DNA from: a virus
Strand: one strand, 5' to 3'
DNA length: 46,330 nt
IMG/VR virus record: IMGVR_UViG_3300038316_000169
Within the stretch, counting starts at the first letter, position 1; each line of letters begins with the position of its first letter. The notes below the pieces were generated by a model that did no database searches, had not been told where the DNA came from, and was given only the letters and a program-made list of their open reading frames with translations. Both the position numbers and the translations under genes were made by a program. This document shows positions 37,161 through 46,330 of this stretch, one piece after another.

Positions 37161-37412
37161 ATGTACGCCTGGGCTACACCTGAAAGGCTTCTAGACGAAA
37201 TGACCCTGGATCAAATCATAATGTACTATCGGAAGGGTTGGGAAGCTAGGAAGTTGAAGGCTCAGGTGTTCTGGGGAGTCCTCGGAGAAATCATGCAGGA
37301 TAAAGATCCCGCGGAGGCTGGGAAATCCAGCGGTGTTTCGGGACTGGAGAAATTCAAAGAGGCCCATCCAGAAGGGAAAAACGAGAACGGTGCATGGAAA
37401 GTTTCTAGGTAA
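37161..37412 (+). CDS. Tail assembly chaperone GT extension
   Basis: In the -1 frame from the slippery site. Confidence 0.75.
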   Translation: MYAWATPERLLDEMTLDQIIMYYRKGWEARKLKAQVFWGVLGEIMQDKDPAEAGKSSGVSGLEKFKEAHPEGKNENGAWKVSR

Positions 37413-37446
37413 TCAAAAAACGTTCCTATAAAATCTAGGTTGAAAA

Positions 37447-40400
37447 ATGAGTGTCGGCGAACTGATAGTCTCGATTATAGGCGATATGAATGGCCTACAT
37501 AAGGTATTATCTGATGTCCAGAAAGATGTAGGAGACGTCGGTACGAGACTCAATGCTGCCGGGGCTCAGATTAGTTCAGCTGGCTCGGCAATGACAGCTG
37601 CAATAACGGTCCCTATCGTAGGCGCTGGCTTGGCTTTTGCCGGTGTGGCAAAAGAGGGGATGGAATTTGAGAAAGGGATGGCTCAGGTATACACGTTAAT
37701 TCCTGACATGTCAAAAGAAGCGTTCGGCCAGATGTCAGCCGATACGCTTCAATTTGCTAAAGACATGAAAGTTCCCACTGAAGAAGTCCTCCCTGCATTG
37801 TATGATGCAATAGGGTCAGGTGTCCCACAGGACAACGTTTTCTCATTTTTAGAAGTCGCACAAAAAGGAGCTGTCGCTGGCGCTACGAACGTAGGTGTAG
37901 CAGTCGACACTCTAACATCTCTCATTAATGCCTATGGCGCTGAAAACCTGAGCGCTGCGGATGCATCTGATATTTTGTTTGCCGGCATCAACGTGGGGAA
38001 AATGTCCTACGAAGAACTTCAGAAGAGTCTGTCTCAAGTAATTCCTACCGCTGCGAGTTTGCAGATTCCGCTTGAACAAGTAGTTGGAGCCCTAGCGGCA
38101 ATGACTGCGCAGGGAACTCCGACCGCACAATCAACCACTCAGCTTTCTCGTCTTTTCAATGAACTTGCAAAAGAAGGCACGAGCGCCTACAATACGTTTA
38201 AAGAAATCTCTGGAAAAAGTTTCCCGCAGTTCATTAAAGAAGGCGGGACGGTCGAAGATGCGCTCAAGCTCATGAAAGACGGTTTTATGGAAAATAGCCC
38301 AGCCGCAAAGGAACTTGAGAACCGGATGCGAGAGCTTGTCGACCCTACAAGCGGGCTATCCCTTGAATTTGAATCTCTTACCGGAAAAACATTCAAAGAA
38401 TTCCGGAAGGAAGGCGGAGATGTCTCAGACGCTTTCAAAATACTCGGAATAAATACAGAGGAAGCAGACGGTCGGCTGTCTGACATGTTTGGCAGCATCG
38501 AAGCAGGCAATGCTGTGCTGACATTGACATCCAGAGACGGTGCGATCCTCACAGATGTCATGGATGAGATGGAGCGCAGCGCAGGCCAGACCGACGAAGC
38601 GTTTGCAAAAATAAGTGACACTACTAGCTACGCATTCGAGTCAATGAGTGCGGACATTAAAAATGCAACTACCGAAATGGGTGTCCGTCTCCTTCCTATC
38701 ATCCAAGATACAATCGTGCCCCTCATCACTGATACCTTAATTCCTGCTTTCGAAGGAGCCGTAAATGTTATCGCAACAGTCGCTGATGCTTTTAACAAAC
38801 TACCACAGCCGGTTAAGGTTGTAATACTTGCTGTCATCTCTTTTATAGCAGCTCTCGGGCCTGTCCTGGTCGCGATCGGTGCCGTGGTCTCATCAATTGG
38901 GACTTTAGCCGCCGCGTTCGGTACAGGTGGAGCCCTGGCTGGAGCAATTAGTTTTATTTCTGCTACTATTTTGCCTGCTTTAAGTGCAGCTTTTGGAATT
39001 ATCGTATATACCGTAATCCCAATCGTGATCGAGGCTATAGCTCTTCTAGCTACACCGTTTGGTTTAGTTGCAGCCGCATTAGCTGTATTCGTTTTAGCTT
39101 GGAAAAACAATTGGTTCGACATCCAAGACAAGGCTAAAACCGTCTGGGACTGGCTTAAAACACAGGGAGACGCATTGTATCAACAACTTGAGCGTGTGTA
39201 TCATGCTATTATAATGAGTGGGTCGGATCTTAAACTACAATTTTCAGCAGCGTGGGATGCAATCAAAAATGCGTTTTCAACGATATCAAGTACGATTGTA
39301 GCTTTGGCTACATGGTTGTATGAAGGGCTCAAAGGAGCTTATATGGCAATCTCAGATGCCTGTTCGAGTCTGATTACTGACTGGAAAGGCAACTGGGAAA
39401 ACTTCAAGACGGTGCTTTCGGCCGCAGTAGCCGATATTATAGCAAAATTACAATCCTGGTACAATGAAGTTCAAAACAAATTCAACTTTGTTAAGAACGC
39501 TGCACTGGATCTATTAAATGATTGGAAGGGACATTGGAACAACATTCAGAACTCACTTTCAACAGCAAAGAGCATCATTGATAATATATTGTTATTGTTA
39601 CATAACCAAATTAAAGGTAGATATGATGCTATAATCTACAATAATATTAGACTGTTGAATAATTGGAAGGTACATTGGAACAACATTCAGAGTGCAACCT
39701 CAGCCGCGGCAAACTCACTAAATTCAATTTTGACAACCTTATATAATTACATACAGAATATCTTCACTCAGATTAGAACCGCCGCATCAAATCTTCTCAA
39801 CAATTGGCGCACGACTTGGAATAATATAATTTCAACCGCTAAAAATGCAGGATCACAGTTAGTAGCTGCGATCTCTGGGCTTCCCACTAGCATCAAGAAT
39901 CTATCATCTGCATTTTCGAACGCTGGAAAAGCGATAATGGACGCTCTGTATAACTCGATTGTAGAGGGGTTCAATAAAGCTATCAAAAAAGCAAAAGATC
40001 TCCTGTCGGAACTGAGATCCTACTTACCATCATCTCCAGCTGAACAGGGCCCATTTAAGAAGCTTCCAGACTGGTCCTCAGCGATTACCACCCCATTAAA
40101 CAAATCTGTTACTGAAGCTGCAAGCACCGCGAAAACCACAGGGAAAAATATTATAAGTTCAATTTCTAGTGGGTTGAAATCGGCAGCAACTGGTCTTTAT
40201 AGCTCTGCGAAAAACACTTACAAGAAACTCAAATCATATTTGCCAAGGTCCCCAGCTGAAGAAGGCCCCTTCTCAGAAATCCCAAACTGGGATACGATTT
40301 TTTACGATCCTCTCAAGGAATCCATAGCAAAAGCCGCAGAACTCGCAAAACCACTTGACATAGCGCTCAGTACCCTAAGATCCCCTATTGATTCTCTCTC

Positions 40401-40566
40401 AGATGGTTTCGGCCAAATCTCATCAGTAACAAATAATAGTTACTCTGGCGACTCAATCACGATTGGGCCTAACACTATCACAAACGGAATAGACCTGCAA
40501 GCAATAATCGCAGAGATCGAAAGACAAACCGCAAACAAACGCAGGGCAAGGGGGCTTTACAAATGA
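37447..40566 (+). CDS. Tape measure protein (TP901-like)
   Basis: SVGELIVSIIGD start, FEKGMAQV core, central TM block, W-periodic repeats, P.SPA..GP motifs. Confidence 0.95.
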   Translation: MSVGELIVSIIGDMNGLHKVLSDVQKDVGDVGTRLNAAGAQISSAGSAMTAAITVPIVGAGLAFAGVAKEGMEFEKGMAQVYTLIPDMSKEAFGQMSADTLQFAKDMKVPTEEVLPALYDAIGSGVPQDNVFSFLEVAQKGAVAGATNVGVAVDTLTSLINAYGAENLSAADASDILFAGINVGKMSYEELQKSLSQVIPTAASLQIPLEQVVGALAAMTAQGTPTAQSTTQLSRLFNELAKEGTSAYNTFKEISGKSFPQFIKEGGTVEDALKLMKDGFMENSPAAKELENRMRELVDPTSGLSLEFESLTGKTFKEFRKEGGDVSDAFKILGINTEEADGRLSDMFGSIEAGNAVLTLTSRDGAILTDVMDEMERSAGQTDEAFAKISDTTSYAFESMSADIKNATTEMGVRLLPIIQDTIVPLITDTLIPAFEGAVNVIATVADAFNKLPQPVKVVILAVISFIAALGPVLVAIGAVVSSIGTLAAAFGTGGALAGAISFISATILPALSAAFGIIVYTVIPIVIEAIALLATPFGLVAAALAVFVLAWKNNWFDIQDKAKTVWDWLKTQGDALYQQLERVYHAIIMSGSDLKLQFSAAWDAIKNAFSTISSTIVALATWLYEGLKGAYMAISDACSSLITDWKGNWENFKTVLSAAVADIIAKLQSWYNEVQNKFNFVKNAALDLLNDWKGHWNNIQNSLSTAKSIIDNILLLLHNQIKGRYDAIIYNNIRLLNNWKVHWNNIQSATSAAANSLNSILTTLYNYIQNIFTQIRTAASNLLNNWRTTWNNIISTAKNAGSQLVAAISGLPTSIKNLSSAFSNAGKAIMDALYNSIVEGFNKAIKKAKDLLSELRSYLPSSPAEQGPFKKLPDWSSAITTPLNKSVTEAASTAKTTGKNIISSISSGLKSAATGLYSSAKNTYKKLKSYLPRSPAEEGPFSEIPNWDTIFYDPLKESIAKAAELAKPLDIALSTLRSPIDSLSDGFGQISSVTNNSYSGDSITIGPNTITNGIDLQAIIAEIERQTANKRRARGLYK

Positions 40567-40910
40567 GCTTTTTATCAGTGACTTTCGCAGGGCTTCCGGT
40601 AACTGCTTATCAAGACACTGAAAAAAACTTCACGGTAACAGCGAAGGAAGTGCAGCTTTATAACGGCGATTTTTTCGCTGCTATAAGCAACAAAAAACGA
40701 GATTTCCCCCGCTCTTTCGACTGCTATACAGAGGATTACACCGAGATCTCCAATCTAGCGGACGCTATCGGCACATTCGGCACTCTGGTTATAGAAGGCG
40801 AAAGTTTTCCAGACTGTTATATTTCGGGGTTTGGCAACATAAAGGAGCTCTGGCGGGGCTCTGGACAGTGGACATATAATATAAAATTCTCGAAGGTCGA
40901 TCAACATTGA
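40563..40910 (+). CDS. Distal tail/hub-like protein (tentative)
   Basis: Directly follows the TMP; beta-rich. Confidence 0.5.
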   Translation: MSFLSVTFAGLPVTAYQDTEKNFTVTAKEVQLYNGDFFAAISNKKRDFPRSFDCYTEDYTEISNLADAIGTFGTLVIEGESFPDCYISGFGNIKELWRGSGQWTYNIKFSKVDQH

Positions 40911-41035
40911 CAGCAACAGAAACAGCGTCCCTTACGGTCATTGATATCAAATCTAGGGACCGCGAGGGCAACATAACCGAGCATATCAGGATACATTCAG
41001 ATGGAAAAGAGGAGGTCTTAGTATCGCGACAATAA
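40907..41035 (+). CDS. 42 aa tail-region protein (TTG start)
   Basis: MTATETASLTVIDIKSRDREGNITEHIRIHSDGKEEVLVSRQ. Confidence 0.45.
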   Translation: MTATETASLTVIDIKSRDREGNITEHIRIHSDGKEEVLVSRQ

Positions 41036-41409
41036 CCGATAAAGCCCTTGAAGCAGCTGCAAGAATGATTATAGGGGCGTCCCCTCCTGATCCTTTTGTC
41101 TATATGGCTACAGGCACAGGAGCGGGGGCAGAGAGTGCAGCAAGTACCGCACTTGAGAACGAAAATACACAGTACGGAGCACAGAGGGCGCAGGCGACCG
41201 TATCTTATGTCAGTCTTGGGATTTCACAGTGGTCTATTCTGTATGCCTTTACTGGACCAGTGAATATTCGAGAACTGGGGATATTCAACGCTTCCGTAGG
41301 CGGTGACATGTTCTTAAGGCATGTCCTCTCGGAAAACAAAAACTACTCCGATGGCGAGAGCGTGGAAATTACCATCACAAATACGAATACAAGGGTATTG
41401 GTGCTGTAA
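41023..41409 (+). CDS. Tail fibre/baseplate-associated protein
   Basis: YMATGTG....A..TALENE, IRELGIFNAS.GGDMF motifs; the frame extends to an ATC after a GGAGGT RBS. Confidence 0.65.
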   Translation: MATITDKALEAAARMIIGASPPDPFVYMATGTGAGAESAASTALENENTQYGAQRAQATVSYVSLGISQWSILYAFTGPVNIRELGIFNASVGGDMFLRHVLSENKNYSDGESVEITITNTNTRVLVL

Positions 41410-41576
41410 TCATGGTTACGCTCAATATTATCCTTAAGGATATCGCGAACTCATATTCGGATGGTAGCAACCCGAAGAAGGATTTTATCAAATTCTTCCA
41501 ATGTCAAAGGATCGAAAAATTGATAATCTAAAAGCAGGAATTGGAACCGTATTACCAGAATAATGGAGTGTAAAAC

Positions 41577-41960
41577 ATGGCACTATCAAAAGAATCTACA
41601 ATAATCTTGAATGGAGCAGCTATTGCCGCGAACAGTGCAAGTCCTGAAAGCACAGGCGTGGACCTGAACGATGCGGTTGACTTCGGCATTGGATACCAAA
41701 TGACGTTTCACACAAGCGCAACAAAGGGCGCAAGAATAGACCTCTATGCAGATCCTGCAGGAGCTTCACAAAGTTTCACCATCGGGACTTATGCAGACCC
41801 ATGCGACTCAGGAGACGTCCAGGTCGACGCAGGGCACCAGGTACAGGGATTTATACAGATGCAGAGAGCACCTAAATTCGTAAGAGCCAAAGTTGTAAAC
41901 CTTGATTCAAGCCAAAGCCTAACGAACTGTTCGCTCTGGGCAATTGTGCAGAAACCTTAA
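41577..41960 (+). CDS. Hypothetical tail-region beta protein
   Basis: ORF with GGAG RBS. Confidence 0.6.
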   Translation: MALSKESTIILNGAAIAANSASPESTGVDLNDAVDFGIGYQMTFHTSATKGARIDLYADPAGASQSFTIGTYADPCDSGDVQVDAGHQVQGFIQMQRAPKFVRAKVVNLDSSQSLTNCSLWAIVQKP

Positions 41961-41968
41961 AACATTTT

Positions 41969-44900
41969 TTGGGTGGAAGCGTGCAAAATCCTTACCTCGC
42001 TTGGAAGTATAAGCTAGAAGTCCATGTCACAGGATTTTCGACGACTAAGGATTTCCTGGCTAACATTACCCTTCTCTATCGTCCAGGTATGCGGGCAGAC
42101 TTCCGGGATATAAGAGCCTCTACCAAAACAGGGGCGAAAATCCCTCTGTTTATCGAGTCTGTAACGGAGTTCAACCAAGCTTTTATCTGGTTTAAACTTC
42201 CTAAAAATTGCGATTTCTTTTATATATACTACGGAAACGGCGGGGCAACTTCCGAAAGCGACGGTAAGAAGGTTTTCACATTCTTTGACCATTTTGAGAA
42301 ATTGGATTCCACTGTCTGGCGTTTAATAGCCGGCTTAGCGACTGTTTCAAAGTCGATACTCACGCTTCAAAACACGTCACAGAGTAGCGTTTTAGAAAGC
42401 TACTCGACATTTTCCCCTAACACAGTGGTGGAAATCAGGGCACAGTACAACGCAGGCAACCGCACAATCTTTGGATACCGGAGTTACAGCTCACAAAAAG
42501 CAGCAGCCTGGCAGAGCTCGGCAGCAGGAGACGCGAATAATCAGAGGTTCGCTCACAACGGATCGAATGGGAATTGGGATTCGGACGGAGTTAACAGGGC
42601 TGGCAGCGCCTATTATGTCTATGGGGTTGCTCATATCGTTGCAGGCCCGCTTTACTACGTCAATTATACCTATCGCGGGACCATTGCAGATTACATCCCC
42701 GGAAACGTCTCCCTGCCTGTTCAGTTCTATTGCTACTCAAATACAGGACCATTCAGGGTCGACTGGGTTAGGGTACGGGACTACGACGAAACCCTACCAA
42801 CCTTGACAATAGGGCGGAAGTTCACAACCCAGCCTAAAGGATTTCCCTGGGATAATGCAATTACAGAGGCAAATACCAGGATGGGAATGTATCCATCCGT
42901 AAATATAAAGTCATTTTTAAAAAATATTAATACTAAATTAGGGATGAAAGCCAGCGTCATGTTTAGGCGCCCGCTTTTTTATAACCCACAGTTAAAAAGC
43001 CCTTACCCAAACTGGAAATATGTAGGCATAATAGAATTAGGCGAACAAGCGCATCCAGCAAGGCTGAGACTGCCAATCCAGCCTGGAATGACTATAGACG
43101 GTCGAGACCTCAGATTTACAGATATTGATGATCGGGAGCTAGAATATAATATTTTTAATATTACTCCGGATTATCTTGATGTCTGGCTAGATTATGGGTA
43201 TGAAGTCCAGGTTTTAACATCTGATTTGAAAAATATTAAAACCGCAAATTTAAAAATATTGAATTGTCGGCATATCCCACAACTTACAAAGGTTAAATTT
43301 TATTATGGAAATGGGGTTGCAGAAACAAAAAGTAATCCTGCGGTTATTGGAACTAGGCAATATGAAACTATAATAACTATAACTCCTCATATCGAAGGAT
43401 TAGATAGAGTAGGTGCACTTCCTGGATGGAAATATGAGCAAGAAATAGAGTTATCCGGCACTTCAGATGGGGGCGAACAGCTACTTATTTCGATTCCATA
43501 TCGTCCAGGAATGACTGAAGATGGGAGAGATTTTCGCTTTTTTGATTCGGCAGGGAATAAGTTATCTTACTATCTGGAGACCACAACATCGACCGAGTTT
43601 TCGGTATGGGTTAAGCTCCCTGCAGATCATGATAAAATTATAATGTTTTTCGGCAACGGTCTTGCTACCTCTGAAAGTTCTGCATCGGATGTTTTCGACC
43701 TTTTTGACGATTTCGAAGGTTCGACCATCGGGTCTGAGTGGACCGTTGCAGGCGGGTCTGCATCTGTAAGCAACTCGACTCTGGTATTGGGGGGTGTACA
43801 AAACAGTTTAATCCGGGGATCCTCTACTTTCGGACCAGGGCATCTGGTAGAAATGGGGATGTACCACCCTAACCAGAATCAAACGATCTGCGGCTTCTGG
43901 TCGGCAACTAATCAGCGGGCCTGCTGGTTGGGGGCTTTCGGGACAAACTACAACGACCACGTACACACTTATAATGAGACAAGTTCCACATCAACAGACG
44001 ATGGAGTAAACCGAAGCGGGACTACATTTTATAAATACGGGATAACTTATGAGTCAGGCAGCATCAGTTTTTATGTAAACGATAGCTTCAGGCGAGCAGT
44101 GACTGCAACGACTCCTTCCGGGAATATCCCTCTTTCATTCTACAGCACTGCAAATAAAGGCAATCTTGTGGTCGATTGGGTTAGGGTCCGCAAAATTACC
44201 AGCATAACAGGGACTCTCGGGAAGCTAAGAAGGCAAACAGGGGCGATATATTACGAGACCACGACCGAAACAAGTATCGAAATTATACCAGAGATACAGC
44301 TCTCCCACCGCCCACAGTGGAAGACTCCACAAATTTATTATGAATACATAAAGTTACCCTCGTCTTTTATGGGAATGGACCCCGGGGAACCAACTTTTAA
44401 AGAGCGTCGAGAGCTTGGCGATTATGCTATTGTATCCTGTGAAGTCAATCGATCCATTAATGACGCCTACATTCAACTCTCTACAGAGTTCCAAAACCTT
44501 ACTGTCCCTCCAGAAGGCAGCACGATAAAACATAATGCATATGACTCGCATGGCAACCATCACTTATTATTCCATGGAAAAATATTAACTAATTCGCCGA
44601 CTCACGGACATTATTCCCAAACCGTGAAAATGCACGCGGCGGATAACAGTATAAACCTAGTAACTCAGCCAGTCCCCTGGGTATATCAGGTAATTGATAC
44701 AGCAGTGGATACAGTCCCTAACTGGCTTGTAAGGATTTTAGAGCCTGAAAAGTCTGGGGTGTATCCTAAAACGCTTATAGATACTAACAAAGAGCCTAAA
44801 CAGTTTGTTTTCGATCCTAAAACCAAAAAACTAGAGGCAATAAAGGAGCTTGCAAAATACGCAGGATGCCTGTATCAGACCAGGCTAATAACCAGGGAAA

Positions 44901-45763
44901 TAGACGGGACCCCTATAATACGACCTGAATTTTATTTCGTCCCACCTGAAAGGATTGACGAGCCAGTTAACGGTTTTGATCTGCCTGCCCCTCTGGAGCT
45001 GAACGTCGACGACTGCAAGCTCGCCAGCGATCCCCAGGTCACAAACGAAAGCGAGGAAAAATATAACTCTGTCCTAGTTTATGGAGTCCTTAGCGAGAAC
45101 GGGGAAAGTGTAGTCGCTCAAGCATTTTCTTATGAGGTCTATACAGGAGAACAAAAACCTAAAGTATATATTATTGAAGATAACGCGATCACGGAAAAAG
45201 GCAGCACAGCCGAGCGTGAAGCCATAAAATGGCTCTTGTATTTCCTTTCTAAGCGGGTAAAGGTTACTATGTCTTTTGTGGACCGGTTCGACCTGGAGCT
45301 GTATCAGAGAATCCGTTTTGGACCGGGATTTTCAAACAAGCTGCAAGAGCTTACCAGCTCCACCCAGGTTCAGCAAGTCGCAGCCTGCGATCCTAGAGAC
45401 ATCGAGAACTCTACTCACCTTATAGATGTCTCGGGGGTCCCCCGCCCGGCATGGCTGCGGATTTCCGACATAAAATATCATAGTGAGCATAAACTAGAAA
45501 CGGTAGCTGTCACTGCAATCACCGATAATATATATTCTGTAGTTGACCCAATAGTCCCTGAGCCGTATAACGAGTACCTGAGCCCAGGATACTATAAACC
45601 GGTAATAGATGACCTTGTGGATACAACCCAGTCGATAGTAGAGGATAAGTTAGAAAAACAATTAACCCCTGAGAGCTGCACGGTCCTGAGCATAAACGAG
45701 GAAAATAAAACCGCAGTAGTGCAGACAGCAAGCGGAAAAATAGTAACGGTGTCCCTAGCATGA
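41969..45763 (+). CDS. Large tail protein: repeated DUF2341-like/lectin modules plus a hub-like C-terminal region
   Basis: Three WKY-starting modules with Y.PGM..DFRD.RF and YYGNG.A.S.S....VF..FD.F motifs. Confidence 0.8.
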   Translation: MGGSVQNPYLAWKYKLEVHVTGFSTTKDFLANITLLYRPGMRADFRDIRASTKTGAKIPLFIESVTEFNQAFIWFKLPKNCDFFYIYYGNGGATSESDGKKVFTFFDHFEKLDSTVWRLIAGLATVSKSILTLQNTSQSSVLESYSTFSPNTVVEIRAQYNAGNRTIFGYRSYSSQKAAAWQSSAAGDANNQRFAHNGSNGNWDSDGVNRAGSAYYVYGVAHIVAGPLYYVNYTYRGTIADYIPGNVSLPVQFYCYSNTGPFRVDWVRVRDYDETLPTLTIGRKFTTQPKGFPWDNAITEANTRMGMYPSVNIKSFLKNINTKLGMKASVMFRRPLFYNPQLKSPYPNWKYVGIIELGEQAHPARLRLPIQPGMTIDGRDLRFTDIDDRELEYNIFNITPDYLDVWLDYGYEVQVLTSDLKNIKTANLKILNCRHIPQLTKVKFYYGNGVAETKSNPAVIGTRQYETIITITPHIEGLDRVGALPGWKYEQEIELSGTSDGGEQLLISIPYRPGMTEDGRDFRFFDSAGNKLSYYLETTTSTEFSVWVKLPADHDKIIMFFGNGLATSESSASDVFDLFDDFEGSTIGSEWTVAGGSASVSNSTLVLGGVQNSLIRGSSTFGPGHLVEMGMYHPNQNQTICGFWSATNQRACWLGAFGTNYNDHVHTYNETSSTSTDDGVNRSGTTFYKYGITYESGSISFYVNDSFRRAVTATTPSGNIPLSFYSTANKGNLVVDWVRVRKITSITGTLGKLRRQTGAIYYETTTETSIEIIPEIQLSHRPQWKTPQIYYEYIKLPSSFMGMDPGEPTFKERRELGDYAIVSCEVNRSINDAYIQLSTEFQNLTVPPEGSTIKHNAYDSHGNHHLLFHGKILTNSPTHGHYSQTVKMHAADNSINLVTQPVPWVYQVIDTAVDTVPNWLVRILEPEKSGVYPKTLIDTNKEPKQFVFDPKTKKLEAIKELAKYAGCLYQTRLITREIDGTPIIRPEFYFVPPERIDEPVNGFDLPAPLELNVDDCKLASDPQVTNESEEKYNSVLVYGVLSENGESVVAQAFSYEVYTGEQKPKVYIIEDNAITEKGSTAEREAIKWLLYFLSKRVKVTMSFVDRFDLELYQRIRFGPGFSNKLQELTSSTQVQQVAACDPRDIENSTHLIDVSGVPRPAWLRISDIKYHSEHKLETVAVTAITDNIYSVVDPIVPEPYNEYLSPGYYKPVIDDLVDTTQSIVEDKLEKQLTPESCTVLSINEENKTAVVQTASGKIVTVSLA

Positions 45764-46330
45764 CTACGGTTTACGTTTCGAACACTGGCAACGATGAATA
45801 CACCGTAGACGGAACAGCCGACGACATCCAGATTAACCAGGCTCTTTTATACGCTCATAATAACGGGACAGATACCAGCCCGGTAACTGTCTATCTTAGA
45901 GGACCTTTTACTTATGAGCTTACTTCATGGCTGTTAATGGGGAATAATACAATCCTTACAGGCGCCCCAACCGCAAAACTCAGGCTAAAGAATAATGCAG
46001 GCTGGACCAACATCTACACAACGGAAGACCCAGGCACCGAACCTATTTTAAAACAGCGAGTTAACCCTATCCGAAACGTCGAGGTCCATAACTTCGAAAT
46101 TGACGCTAACAAGGACAATCAAAACGGTTACGTTCACGGCAAGCTAAATTATATTATAATGTTTTTCACAAACGCGACTAACATTTCCATGCACGACATG
46201 TACCTTCACGACGGGCAAAGCGACGGGATGCGAATGTCCAACAGCGACACGCTTTACTTTTTTAATAACAGAGTTGAGCGTATGGGTCACGACGGCTGTT
46301 TCTTTCTCAGGTCTCAGAACTTCTTGATTT
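45760..46330 (+). CDS. Right-handed beta-helix (disaggregatase/pectin lyase-like) tail protein, partial
   Basis: Open to the window end; VYV...G.D..VDG.ADDIQINQAL, EIDAN and HDGQSDG motifs. Confidence 0.8.
   Translation, partial: MTTVYVSNTGNDEYTVDGTADDIQINQALLYAHNNGTDTSPVTVYLRGPFTYELTSWLLMGNNTILTGAPTAKLRLKNNAGWTNIYTTEDPGTEPILKQRVNPIRNVEVHNFEIDANKDNQNGYVHGKLNYIIMFFTNATNISMHDMYLHDGQSDGMRMSNSDTLYFFNNRVERMGHDGCFFLRSQNFLI

Noticed and set aside
41411-41576. Possible degraded gene between tail genes
   Set aside because: Several short frames are equally plausible; none can be supported by eye
6076-45761. Numerous 60-170 aa ORFs overlapping or antisense to terL, portal, adhesin, virB4, capsid, TMP and tail genes
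   Set aside because: Shadows of well-supported genes with no motifs or RBS
1-46330. Integrase, att sites, tRNA, reverse transcriptase, relaxase, VirD4
   Set aside because: Looked for and not found; they may lie outside the window

Overview
The window is most of a head-tailed (Caudoviricetes, siphovirus-like) archaeal virus or provirus. The host is probably Methanosarcina-like; this is inferred from archaeal TATA/RBS signals, disaggregatase-like beta-helix proteins, DUF2341 tail proteins and the IS types present. Layout: small regulator, putative replication genes and an iteron/AT-rich origin (1.9-4.2 kb); terminase, portal, an Mtd-like adhesin with a DGR-type variable region, and a MuF head gene (5.6-14.8 kb); a ~16.7 kb accessory block splitting the head module, which holds a pilin/VirB6/VirB3/VirB4-like secretion module with a beta-helix glycanase and a papain-fold enzyme but no visible relaxase or VirD4 (14.8-31.5 kb); then an uninterrupted head-tail module running off the right end (31.5-46.3 kb). 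The first 31.5 kb carries many IS200/IS605 sequences: three intact tnpB, one truncated tnpB, one tnpA, two MITEs, four ~50 bp hybrid single-hairpin footprints and one end fragment. I found no integrase, reverse transcriptase, DGR template repeat, tRNA/rRNA or CRISPR array. All protein assignments are motif recognition by eye, not database hits.
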